DNA of 64,000 bases from Lingula anatina (GCA_051362555.1 CM120641.1:16678001-16742000); one strand, 5' to 3'. Shown: positions 1-12,212, counted from the first letter of the stretch. Program-made: numbers and translations. Notes: generated by a model not told the origin, from the letters alone.

Positions 1-870
1 TGGTGATTAGGGTGATGATTGACCAAGTATGGTGAGTTTTGCGATTTTTAAACAATATCTATTGGACTTAGATATGCCATGCTTACAGCGTTTTTAAAAA
101 TGCTTTACCTGCATATTAAACATCAAAACTCTACATCAGAAACGAATGCGTCTAACTCATAATGGACCTTGAAGATGTGTTAGGATACAGTTTTGTGAAT
201 AAATCGAAAAGGTGAAATAGCCATTAGTATTGGAGGAATCCATTTTAATTCAATTTTTGGCACTTTTTAAATGTTCCAATTTGTAGCATATCATGGCAAA
301 AACCAAAAGAGCACCCCTAAACGTTTTTTTATGAATGGGATTTGCTCTCATGCTCTCAAGAAGTGACTTGCCTAATAACATATGTTCCTCACGCGTACTG
401 CAATAATCTCCCATTGGCGGTGTACATGCAATTCAACAAGGGTTACTTTTCTGCACTTTTCTTCCGAAGAGAATGGCGGAGTTGGTTCAGTAAGTGGGGT
501 TGATTATACTGTGCACCGCGCACCATATTTCATCCCACAAGTGTTCAATAGGGTTAGTATCAACATTTTTCCGCAACAAGTAACTCACCTAACTGTGAGC
601 GGGTGCGTTGCCATGGTGACGGTTTTGAGGTGTCAATTTTGTGATCATTTTCTAACGTCTATGGAAATCAATGTGGATTATCAGATTTGAGAGGGTGCAT
701 GGTCCAGATATTAATAAATGATGAACAACATGTATATTTTTTTGCTCCGTAATTCATGTTAGATATGGAAAAGAAAATAAAAACTTTTTAAAACGTTTTA
801 CAACGTGATATGATATGTTTCGCCAATTAAAATAAAAAATCTTCTATATTGTAAGTATTGTGCAAAAACC

Positions 871-1249
871 TTTATTGAGGTATGTATGAGGTATATATTA
901 TATATAAACATATACAGATGTAAGAAAACTGTCAATTCTTCTTTTAGATCTCTGTTTTTTCTACATAAATAAATATATAAATAACGTACATATAAAAATA
1001 ACGTACAAAAATACGTGTTTTGACACTTAGAGTATAATTACTATTTAGCAATTACCACAGTTTATTTGGCATAAAACATTTCTTTTGTAAAAAAAATATA
1101 TCTTAAATTTGTATAAAATGTGTAAATAAACTTATCAAAATAAAATGTGCGAAAAATGATATAAAATATTTCTTCATTTAAGTCTCTTCATCATGAGGCA
1201 TAATCATAAATGCGTTTCAAAGTCCGTTTGTTCGAGTCGTTTTGACCTT
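871..1249 (-). promoter_or_regulatory. AU-rich 3' UTR and poly(A) signals of the cytokine-like gene
   Basis: Minus strand TTATTTATATATTTATTTAT at 984-965 and TTATTTA near 1123-1129; AATAAA at 1066-1061 and 876-871. The genome is AT-rich, so specificity is limited. Confidence 0.4.
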
Positions 1250-3213
1250 TCATTTCAAAGAATTTGTTGTCAAAGTCACGATAAATCGTTTAAGATCTTG
1301 CAGCAGCGTCATGATTTTTAGTGCAGTATAGGTGCCAGTTCTGCGTAATTCTTCGCCATATACGTGGTCTTGTATTTTTCTCGCTTTCTCTAGAATCTGG
1401 GAGTCGATAGGGATGTAATTTTCGCCTAACAGAATTTTGATTTTACACAAAGGTTCGCTCATGGTGTTGGAAAATCTGCAAATGGACTGTTCCACCATTC
1501 CACTATCCGCCTTCGTAAAAATTTCCAATTTGTAAACAGTATTCAACCTTGCAGTTGCTTTAAGCATTTCTGTAAAAAGACTGGCCAGGTAGATGTTTTG
1601 TGCTTCCTGCAACGATACATAGAAGGGTACACAATGAGAAGAATAAAAAATCATATAAAATGGTACCAACAGATTTTAAATCATGACTATAGACACATCA
1701 TTTAAAAAAGTCTACCCTTTTACGAGACTTCCATTGGTCTATATGTTCCAATATTATATTATTTTCTCTGTTTCAATAAAAAGTTTAAATACATTAAGCA
1801 TGAGAGTACAAACGCTGGACAGTTGAAACATACTGTGAAGTTGAGTTGCTTGCCCTGTGGTTTTACATTTTGGTGCCAATCGCATTGTAGTTCGCTTGTA
1901 TGGAGGTTGGCACTTAGACCAGCTGACTGTAAACAGAAATTATACATCACTTTGAAATCAGAATTTTTCCAATGTTGAATTTTACTAATTTTCTAAACAT
2001 TTCATTTTCAAACACCACGATTGGACCTTTTTCACGCTGTGATATAGTATGGAATATTCCCTTCGCCTTTTAACTGATAACTGGATTGGTCTTCAAATAA
2101 CGACAATAAATCTCTCTCAAAACTTACATAAATGTTAAGCACGTCTTTTATTCTGTGGCAAGATGTCCTCCAAAGTCGCCTCAATGCCAAAAGGGTCCTC
2201 TTCATTGGAAAAACAGTCAATTGCACACCTGGACAGAAATACGATGGAAAAGTTGATGTCGGCATATGGTTTTGATGCCATATATACATATTATACATTC
2301 GATGCACTTAAATCATCAAAATATTTTCTCTAAGCTATCTGTGCAATAGTACTGTAAAGAACAACAGGGGGAAATGTAATTATATTCGATGCAAGACTCG
2401 TTCGTGCCAAAAGGAAGTAATTTCCACGTGAGTTTGGTGGGAAATTTTGTCACTGGTCCTATCGATTCCCAACAAGGGAATACTAGTGTCTGTTTCGCGA
2501 GACTAAGGCGCAATGGGTTAGTGCTAGCATCACTTACCTCTCCGTTGCCGAAAAGGAATCGCATCCACAGAACAAGGATTTTCGTAGTCAATATCAAAAT
2601 CCAGATTTTGATTTGATCGGCAAGATGTTGCGTCTAAGACATTAAGTGCACTAAACAAGGCCAAGCCAAATATTGCCGCTTCTGTAGAGAGGAAACAATA
2701 ATGGATTAGCATAGTTATTTTAATCAGTTAAGTCTCACAATTGGCATGTGATGTTTATTGTACAAAAGGTAGGTAAAGGAGGGAAAATTTACTCACATAA
2801 AGACAAGGCAACAGTCCATTAAATCGACACCTTTGATGTCATGCGTTTCATTGCAAACAAAAATAAAGAAACCACAACAAACATAATCGAATCTGTGTCC
2901 AAGTAGAAATTATGAAAATCTGTCGCACAATATATTTCCTTTTTAGTAGATGAAGAGAGAAAATTGTAAATTTGAGCTGAAATTACTTATTCGACACTCT
3001 ACATTATGTCCTGACTGTGTTCTTTAATTGTACCATTTATATTTTGTCATCTTCTATTTGTTACGTGAAATGTATACAATAGGTATCAATTAGACCATTC
3101 AAAGAAAAATAGTTATCACATGCAGAGGTATTTCTTTGGCTATTCTAACACCACATTAAGTGCCAAAACTTTTTCTTAACGATTACTCCTCGTTCATAAA
3201 AAAATTCGATTAT

Positions 3214-3255
<42 letters not shown>

Positions 3256-4863
3256 ATCGTTATCATCTGTCTCTTTACACTGATACTACGTTCTTCACTA
3301 GCATAATTACACCTTTCCACGCGAAACCTTTCAAAAACCACAAGAGTATAATCGCGGTTTATCCATCTCTCCCTACAGCTAACATTTTGCTCAAATATCG
3401 ATCTTGTTTTATGTAAACGTAGAAAGTGTCATACTCTCGTGGACATGCCAGCCCTATTAGACTCCCCATCTTTTCAGTTCATCGAGAAGGAGCATAATAT
3501 CATTGGCATTAAAAATTCTAAAACTAGATGTGACATTCTTTTGCTAGACTCAAAAGGTGCGAAAAAAACAGTTACAGGATGTGCTATTGCCGACGGCACT
3601 GTTAAGTTTCACTTAGGTTCGAATAAAACTGATGGCGGATGTGTTAATGGAGTTTAGTTACCATCATACTGAATTTGACAAACATTGAATACAGGTGGCT
3701 GTCTAGATCACAAGGACGCGTGCCTAATTTTATAATCGAGTATTCTAAAGAGTCGTACCTCTGGCGGTACAACTTACCTGGAGGTGCCAACCTATTCAAA
3801 TATCAAGTTTCGACGTAAAATGCTCCTGCTATTCTACACATACTTTCTTTCAAAAGTAGTAAAAAAAAGGGTCACTAATACATGTAGTGAAACAAAAACA
3901 CGAGTTTCCACAATCCTTAATGCGTGGTAAACGAATCAGTTTTTGTTAAAACATTTTTGGCACTGTGTGCTGCTGGAGTTCTATTCATGAAATCGGTACA
4001 TTGATTTTTTTATCACAATATAGGGGGCCTACAGCGTATACTTTGTGTAGCGTAAACAACAAAAATAACCGTGTCAAAGTGCATTGTGGCTATTTCCATT
4101 AATGAACTGTTAATGGGCTATAAGAGTCGTATCCTTTTCTGCTTTTTAACCATGTAGATATTCAAATCTGATCTGAAGTTAAGAGAAAATGAATAAAATC
4201 GAGTGGTGCCAATTTGTCATTTTTGGGAGGAAATAACGTTTTTGGTTTTGGGGTTTTCTGCCAAAACTGCCAAAATTACCTAAAAGACAAAACATTTGTG
4301 TACAAAGGGATATTTTTTAATGCCTGATTTTATGTACTTTTACATGAAATCACTCCATATTACAATGGACTGGCAATAACTTAGAAACAAACATATACGT
4401 CGACAGTATGCGATACCTATCAAGAGTCCATATACTTCTTAAAAAGTACAGTGAATTCCGTAGTTATTACACGAAACATATTTATCATAGCTTGTTCAAT
4501 CTGTAAAGGTATAAAACGGCGAAAAAATGTTCACGGGCAGGCAAACATAGGTTAATGATAAATAACTTAGTTGACAGCTTTACCTGTTATTGTTGACCCC
4601 ACGATCAGATAGATGATTTTATACAACGTTAGATACGTTTTTGGTTATCACAAACACACAAAAACATAAAAAAATATGGATTAAGCTCCCTTTACCCACC
4701 ACTTCCTTCTTAAGGGGAAACCTGAATGAAAATATTTAAAAGATCGTTTTAAATCAGAGTTAATACATACAACTGACTCAAAAGTAACCCGTTTGTTCCT
4801 TACTAGTCCTTAATCTGTGATTGCAATTAATCGTTTACACTTACCCTGGACTCTCATTCTCAT
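1250..4863 (-). CDS. Spliced 5-exon gene for a 237-aa secreted protein; putative long-chain four-helix-bundle cytokine (IL-6/LIF/Unpaired-like)
   Basis: Coding exons 4863-4845 (19 nt, CAGG|gtaagt), 2681-2538 (144 nt, ctctctacag| ... AG|gtaagt), 2228-2128 (101 nt, tgtccag| ... TAT|gtaagt), 1926-1834 (93 nt, tttacag| ... ACA|gtatgt), 1606-1250 (357 nt, ttgcag| ... TGA). Phases 1,1,0,0 join in frame to 714 nt: MRMRVQEAAIFGLALFSALNVLDATSCRSNQNLDFDIDYENPCSVDAIPFRQRR/GVQLTVFPMKRTLLALRRLWRTSCHRIKDVLNIYSAGLSANLHTSELQCDWHQNVKPQGKQLNFTEAQNIYLASLFTEMLKATARLNTVYKLEIFTKADSGMVEQSICRFSNTMSEPLCKIKILLGENYIPIDSQILEKARKIQDHVYGEELRRTGTYTALKIMTLLQDLKRFIVTLTTNSLK. The gene model is well supported by the splice sites; the cytokine assignment is inference. 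Confidence 0.75.
3216..3254. repeat. Poly(A) tract (~39 nt) in intron 1 of the cytokine-like gene
   Basis: Direct sequence. Confidence 0.9.
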
Positions 4864-4950
4864 TAGAGTTATTTCAAATCTATCCAATGCATATACTGCA
4901 AAATATTCAGTCTTTTATACCAATAAATTGATAGTAACTTCCTTTAATTT

Positions 4951-5049
4951 ATTTATAAAAATCCATCATTTTATTTTAAGTTTCCTTATCCTTGATTAAT
5001 TTTCATCATTCCTTTCGCAAGATTTGCGGAAGGTGCAATGGGAATCCCA
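4951..5049 (-). promoter_or_regulatory. Putative proximal promoter of the cytokine-like gene: TATA box, C/EBP-like and NF-kappaB-like sites
   Basis: TATAAAT on the minus strand at 4957-4951 (~90 nt upstream of ATG 4863); TTTCGCAA at 5013-5020; GGGAATCCC at 5040-5048. Confidence 0.5.
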
Positions 5050-8000
5050 TGTATCACCTTTTACTACCGATTAGTACAGGAATCGGTCACTTCACCTTTT
5101 CTGTGGGAATGTGTGTTAAGGGACTAAAGAACAGTATCTTGAAATATAAAACGCTTTTACATTGTATAAGGTGTATGAAAGTATCACGCGGGTCGTTGAG
5201 TTTGTCATACCTCGTACTCCTTTGGCCATTGCCATGTGTGGCAGATCACATACATATAAAACAGGAAAAAATCGATAAGCGTTTATAGTGCGAAACTACG
5301 AATATAAAAAGAAAAAAACGGCTTGCTGGCGAAATTAACTGACCTTAATGGCACTTTCGATGATACACTCAACATTTCGCATCCATTCAAGAGACATGTT
5401 ATATATGATAATCAATAATTTCATTTGACACGACCGAATTATGATCTTCGCTCGCCATCTTTCGCAAAACTCATTATGTTCGACTGTTTTAAACATTACG
5501 TTTAAATCACCTATTGCTAATTTAAAAAATGATTGTATTGTGACCTACCGATTTTATTAGATCAGATTAATATGAGACTTGTCACAGCGCCTTTGACGAG
5601 CTGTGGAGTTGAACGTGATTTAAAGCCAGAAACACGCCGTTTGCTTGCTGCGGGATATATGTAGTTTTTTGTTTTTTTTTTCATCTTTATAATAATTCTC
5701 TCCGCTTAAAGAGTATTCAATTGACTTTGGATCTGAAAATGGAGACACACGCACCGATGATAACCCACGCTGCACGACAGCTACTTGAAAAGAACACGGT
5801 TTTCCCCAAGTGAAAACTACCCTAATTTACTACCTCAATCTTAATCGAGTCCCATTTTGATTTCGCCTGACCCAGGTGCAGAAAGACTTGCTTTTAAATT
5901 AAAGCAGTTTTTATCGGTGTATCAGTTTTCACAGATGAGAATTGAAAATATCCCACTTTTAAAGGACCGTTCTTTTCGAATAGCTAAGGTCTCCTGATGT
6001 ACACATAAATTGTGTGTCTCCATCGGGTACGACACCTTCACTTAATCTTAAGTATCTTTTTATTTTAATTATTTCTTTTTTTATTGTAGTTCATTTTACT
6101 TGCTTCGTATCAATCAGTTTAATTCTCGCTGCATAAATGACGAGTGAACTGAGGTAAACTACTTCCCCTCGCAGGTAGAATATGCCTGAATTCTTCCACA
6201 GCCTCTATATCAATTATCAAAAATATGCATTGTTTCAATCTCATAGTTTCAAACGTACACTATGACACTTGATTCAGACTTACCCCTGTTTGGCTCTTCT
6301 TCCTATGTTTCGATTTCAAGTGATTCAAGTAATGAGAAGGATGCGACTACTGTGTTAAATTTTTGTTGGAGGATTCACGCACTAGTAACTTCTTTCTTCT
6401 ACTCCCAACAGAGACACGCACCAGTTAACATGTAACTTCACATTGTTCCACCTTAAAATAAAAAAAAAATCCCATTATTTGTGCTCCTTTAAAAAAGGAG
6501 TTCAGACAATTGTGTCGGTTATCGAATTTCGATAAATTTAAAAGTGAACGATTAAGGAACTAAATTAAGTTTCAGATTTATTAAGCATAGAAATTTTTAT
6601 TTCTTAAGATGTGGTATAGCGAAACACTAACCTATTTCCACTGCTCGCCTTGTGATTTAGACCATTTTTTATTTCAAGAAATGCAATTATTTCAAGAAAT
6701 GAGTGTTACACAATGTGTCTCAAACTGTCGAGCTGTCCCCGATGAAGACAAATGCCAAAAGTTTTTTGATTCAGGAATTACAAGCAATAACATAAACTTC
6801 GCTTTAAAATGACGACCCTGACAATAACATGAAGTCAAAGGTTTTATCAATTTATCAAGTAATATCTTTTAAAGATATTTCGATTACTTTAACAAAACAG
6901 AGATGCGTAAGATTTATAACGGATGAAAATCTAACCAGATGAATCAACTGTCAATTTTTGCAACTGTTCAGAAAAGATTTAATCCGGAAACACAGCACCT
7001 TGATCGATTTTTACGGGGTTATGATATTTTTGTCAAAAGATAAATAATTGGAGTAAAATATATAAAAGGAAATAAGTTTCACTAAAATTTTGAAATTTCG
7101 GTAAGTAATAATCTTTACCTACATTTTTTCAACGGTTACAATGTTTTGCAAATGTGTGCTCGAGTTAGATATTCACTTCACAGAGGACCTGAGAAGACCT
7201 TATCTATGATCTGATCTCCCATACGTCCTTATGAAGTTTCTCAAAAGTCTTGATATCGATTTTCTTATCAAGACGTTCTCCACATGTCTTAAAGAAACGA
7301 GTATTTACGAAAACATCTGTGTTATATTAGATGTACGAACGTCTTCAACAAACGGCCTCTTCGCGAGAGGTCGCCGTGACCAAGACCAATGGCCGAGTGG
7401 GCAGCGGCAAACACTGCAATTTTCATGCAGACTTTACATGAGGTACTTGCAATCATTTATCAGTCGCACTTTTCGTGTCTCCGATTAGGCGAGAAGTTTA
7501 AAGGAACATAAATTTAAGTTGTAGAAAGTAAAGTGCTAGTAATACCCTTATCTGAGTTGTTGTGACCCTTGAATAATATGCAAGTTATAGCAAGGGGCAC
7601 AACACTGGACTATAAAGTCAGATTTCAACTTACAAAATCAGATTTCAACTGTGACCCCAAAGTCAAAGTAGAGTTCACAGTCATCCGGAACAGGCCTACG
7701 ACGAAGCGTGTGTCGCTCCTAGAGCGACTGGGGGCGGTGGAAGCATCTGTATTTGGGGCGGAATGCATGTTGATGCCAAAACCTCATTGGCAGTCAACGA
7801 TGGAAACCTGAGCCAGATCAAATACATGAATATTTTGGAAACCAACTGCCTCCCATTTGCTAGAGGGCAAAAGTCGGGGAAAAAAATTCACATTAAATTT
7901 CAATTCTGTGTAATAAAAGGGTTCTATTCATTACATCTATTTCGTTGTCCCATTTAAATAAACTTTTAAAACCATTACAAAGATCACTCAGAGGTTCAGT

Positions 8001-9872
8001 TCACGTTTAAAAATGTCCCAAATTCATATCCTGCAAGCTGATTTTCTGTCCTATTAAAACGACGAAACTCCTTATTTAGAAACACCAGATGTTAATTTTT
8101 CTCAATTTTTCATAAGTGACAGGGAAAAAACTCATTACCAGCAAAATTATTTTATTATAAATCGTGCAAAACATCCCATCTATGAGCAAGGGCGGGGCTA
8201 GCAATGATACGCAATAAGGAGAAAATGTTTTTTTAACATAATATTTGACCCGATATAGATAGGATGCCTTAAACAAGAAAATAACATGATTGTCTGCGGA
8301 TCGTTTTGTACATCTGCAATTGCGACAGATGAAACACAACCTCATAGGCATCGGTGGTTCCTGCAAGACTACAGTCAAGGAGGACCTGCACTCTACCAGG
8401 TGTGTCGGTAGAGAACCTTAAAAGCGTCTTCTCTGAAGGACAGGTGGAGAAACTGTACATGTAGCTTACTTTGGGCTGTTCTTGCACTAAGGGCAACCAG
8501 CAAACCATCAGACCACTGGGTTGTTAGTATGTGCTGTATGTCCAAGGGTAAGATTAAAACATTTGCTTGGACCTCAACCATCAAAGTCGCTGCTAGAAGC
8601 CTGGGGTTTACAAATCACAATGGAAAACATAGCCCATACGTTTCACGACCATCCAAACCTAGACCAAAAAACATTAAAAAATTGAGAATTAGGAGGAATA
8701 ACGATCTAATGATGAATTCAGTAAAATAAAAACACTCTTTAAATATCAATTCATACAAAAACCAATAAAATAATGAAAACTATTACAGGGCACACCTACA
8801 GCATTTGATTAGCTTTCATAGATTTCAGTCTAGTTTCTAAGACGTCGATGCGTTAAGGTAAAAAAAAGTAGCACCAAGGTTGTGAAAAAAAATCATTTAC
8901 GCCTGAAGTAACTGCATATCTCCAAATCGAATTTGACAAGCGCGTCATAAATCATTCTGCCTAAAGTGGTTACAAAGCCTCTGTGCGTGCGTGCGGGTGA
9001 AAGGGGGGGGGGGGGTTCTGACGCCTGTTGATGTGAAGTACTCCAGGTCAGCTTATTCATATGCAAAGATTCTTGGAAAGAGAGATAATGTACAGCGCAG
9101 TGAGTGACATCGTGACAACTGGCTGTCTCGTACCTAGAGGGAAACGGTGGCGTGATTACTTCTCTTACTTTACGATAATCGCAAATAATAAGAGAGTGCA
9201 GTTGACTGTACCTGCCGCAAGTACACGTACCTGGGGTAAGCAGGTGCAAGGTTTCATGGAAGAATATAGAAAAGGGGAAACACATGCTTACATGCACCAT
9301 ACAAGCAAGGCTGACAAGTGTTGACGATATAAGCCTACAACCCGCTGAGCAACTACCGCTACAAAAACGTTTAGTTGATCAAAAAAGCCTTCTGCAGTCT
9401 ACCTTTACCCAACTTTGTGATAATTCAATGCTTTACCATGACGTCATGAGGACAGCTTACCCCCCTATTTACCTGCCTTCGAAAACATTTAATTCACAGT
9501 ATTTATATTTCGATTACGCTTAGATTTATTGTGCATGTGCCATGTGTGAGACAACGCATATAGACTTAAACTTTATATTTATATATAAGAGCTTTTAAAG
9601 TAGGTCATAGACGGTTTCTGCTAAAAAGAAAATACAGCATTTCATTTGTTTGCAATTGATACGTGCACAGGAAACCGGATGATCATTGAACTGGTGAAAT
9701 ATGAATAAGGAGGGAAAACACTTTTGTCAGAAGCTTCACATTGGGCATACTATACCAAAGCACACGCGTTTTCCAATAACCCCGAATGCCCTAAGCTTAC
9801 CAGTGATTAGTTTGAAGCCGTCAACTTTCCCATAGAGCTGCATATTGTTGTGACAGTGCTTCACGCAAGAAC

Positions 9873-10802
9873 ATGGCGTCAGCGAGTTTAGTTCGATCTA
9901 CCGATCGTAGAAATTCAGTTACTACTGGACCACTAGGCTACACCATCACCGCTGAAATAGGCCGAGGGGTGTTTGGAGTTGTTTTTCGAGGTGTGGATCC
10001 GCGAGGAAATGACTGCGCTATGAAGCATGTACATCTAACCAGTCCCGTAGTTCGGGCTGAGATAGCAATGTTATCCCAACTGCATCCCCACCCGAACTTA
10101 GTACGGGTTCTTGAAGTCAGCGAGGATCATAAGAAACCGGACTTTGTATGGTACGTGATAGATTTTTGTACAGGTCCAACCTTAAATGATTACATCCTAA
10201 GCTCTGTTCCTAAGATAGACGTTTCTTTAAAGCTTAAGCTCATACTAGACGTCGCCAATGCATTACAATACCTGCATTCAAAAAACTTGTTGCACCGCAA
10301 TCTTAAACCCGACAATATATTCGTGAGTGGATTTGAAGGAGGGGAAGGGATTGTCACTCGGTGTAAAGTGGCAGATTTTGGCTTGGCACACATTTGGGAA
10401 GCTAATACCACCCTCCCGACATCGTACTATACCAAAACCTCGCACAGCTTCGGACCCCCATTTTACACAGCCCCTGAGGTAAGAGAATTGAAGATTGTTA
10501 CGGACAAATGTGATATTTACTCGCTGGGAATGCTTTTACTTGGATCGATATTGGAAACGACGGCACAGTGCCTGTGGGCAGTAGAGAAGGAAATGCTGGT
10601 GCCGATAATCAATGATCAAGACATAGAAGAAGCCACACCTTTACAGATACAGAAAGCAATGGAAGACAAAGGTGTTAGAAACACCCAGCTAATCCAAATT
10701 GTCATCCACATGCTGTCTGTTGATCATGAAAGGAGGCCTAATATATTTGAAGTATGCTCACCTCTACTGGATGCGTTATTTGCGCATTTTAATTCCAGAT
10801 AG
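9873..10802 (+). CDS. Intronless Ser/Thr protein kinase-like protein, PDIK1L/STK35-like; probable pseudokinase (HRN)
   Basis: 309-aa ORF with G-loop GRGVFG, beta3 Lys (CAMK), alphaC Glu (AEIAML), catalytic loop HRNLKPDN, KVADFGLA, YTAPE and KCDIYSLG. Confidence 0.85.
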   Translation: MASASLVRSTDRRNSVTTGPLGYTITAEIGRGVFGVVFRGVDPRGNDCAMKHVHLTSPVVRAEIAMLSQLHPHPNLVRVLEVSEDHKKPDFVWYVIDFCTGPTLNDYILSSVPKIDVSLKLKLILDVANALQYLHSKNLLHRNLKPDNIFVSGFEGGEGIVTRCKVADFGLAHIWEANTTLPTSYYTKTSHSFGPPFYTAPEVRELKIVTDKCDIYSLGMLLLGSILETTAQCLWAVEKEMLVPIINDQDIEEATPLQIQKAMEDKGVRNTQLIQIVIHMLSVDHERRPNIFEVCSPLLDALFAHFNSR

Positions 10803-12166
10803 GCAGGATGGGGAAGGTGGAATAATGATGGGCTGTATTGTCTATATCCGCGCAAATATAATGATTAAATCAATAACAGTACAAAATACAAGCCTACTTC
10901 TTAATATTTTATCATTTCATCTGAGTGAAATAAATCCGGCATTAGGACTGCCAGTTTAAAGGGAATGCCTAATAACCGTTATAAGCGTTGATTTCAAGCT
11001 TAATACTTGATTTAAGGTGCAGCTTATTGTAAATATGAAGCTACTGTTATCCTTTGTTGTGATTCAGCTCCATCGGGTGTAATATTGATATATATCGTAT
11101 AGCGCGGTCAGTGTTCTTCATTCAGTAACTCATGTTCGATACGTTGTGTAATATGAGCTAGAGCTTTACGTCAATGCGGCGAGAACAATTATAAAAAAAA
11201 GCTTTCAGTGATATCCCAAGAGGAAAGATAATCAAAACAAACTCACATTAGTACGTATACTGTAGTTCCAGCGTGCTAATTTTTTCAAAAAAGGTTTTTG
11301 CAGTTTAACTTCTGAGGATGCCTTAATATGAATTTGAGACCCTGTCTGATCTTTCAGAGGCATGCCAGGGTTGTTGCTGACAATTGGAAAAGATTATGAA
11401 GAGGGAAGGAATATGAAGCTGCCTCCACGCACCGACCCTCTTCGGTGAACTAAATCTTCAATCCTCTTTTCACCCTTAATTTCCTACTGGATTTTTATAG
11501 AAGTTGATATTGTGATACCATGGTTAGCCTTTTAATTTACGTACTGAATGTTAATATATTATTATTATTTATCTACGACAGTATATATTGTGGGATACAG
11601 TCTGATAACATATTGATCCATAATCCAAATGGCCGATGTTTCAGCGGATAAAAGATATTTTTTAAAAGTCCATTACGGCAAAAAGTCGAATCTTTTGCAT
11701 CATAAAATCGATTACCGCTACGCGACATTAATATACTGTGTTTAAACAATTTAAGTCTAACATTTGAATAAAACTTCGAAAGTCGATATCACGCACATAA
11801 TTGTACTTCGGTCGAGACGACGGATATTAAAAAACTGCCAAAAAAAGGACTGTTGTGTTTTGAATTAAGATTAAGGTTAGGTTGACATTTAGTGTTAAAG
11901 AAAAAGGGGGATAATTTACCCTTCATGCCTTTCAACGTGAATGCTATAAATATATAATTTTATGGAAAATATCGCAAATCTCATGAAACTGTGGTAAGGC
12001 AATATAATATTCACCAATGAAATTTTCGCTTTTTTGCAGACGAGAGAAATGTCTTCAGTGGCCCAGAAAAACCTGGTAATGAAACGGAAATTCGAAAGAT
12101 TGTGTGTGTTTGTATGTGTTTGTGAGCGTACGTTCATGCGTGCGTTTTTGCGTGCGCGTGTGTGTT

Positions 12167-12168
<2 letters not shown>

Positions 12169-12209
<41 letters not shown>
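12169..12209. repeat. (GA)n microsatellite
   Basis: Direct sequence. Confidence 0.95.

Positions 12210-12212
<3 letters not shown>

Noticed and set aside
382-690. 102-aa plus-strand ORF
   Set aside because: No recognisable motif or splice context; likely a chance ORF.
2530-2712. ORF-track start MLIHYCF... as the N-terminus of the secreted protein
   Set aside because: The first ten codons overlap a strong polypyrimidine tract and acceptor (ttgtttcctctctacag). The upstream 19-nt exon at 4863-4845 gives a better signal peptide and has a TATA box. It remains a possible alternative start.
2791-3790. Other minus-strand donor-like sites (gtgagt at ~2796, gtaagt at ~3777) as first exon
   Set aside because: Joining them to the 2681 acceptor gives an in-frame stop or no in-frame ATG.
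7231-9523. Several short overlapping ORFs upstream of the kinase
   Set aside because: No motifs and no consistent exon chain could be built; probably intergenic, UTR or decayed repeat sequence.
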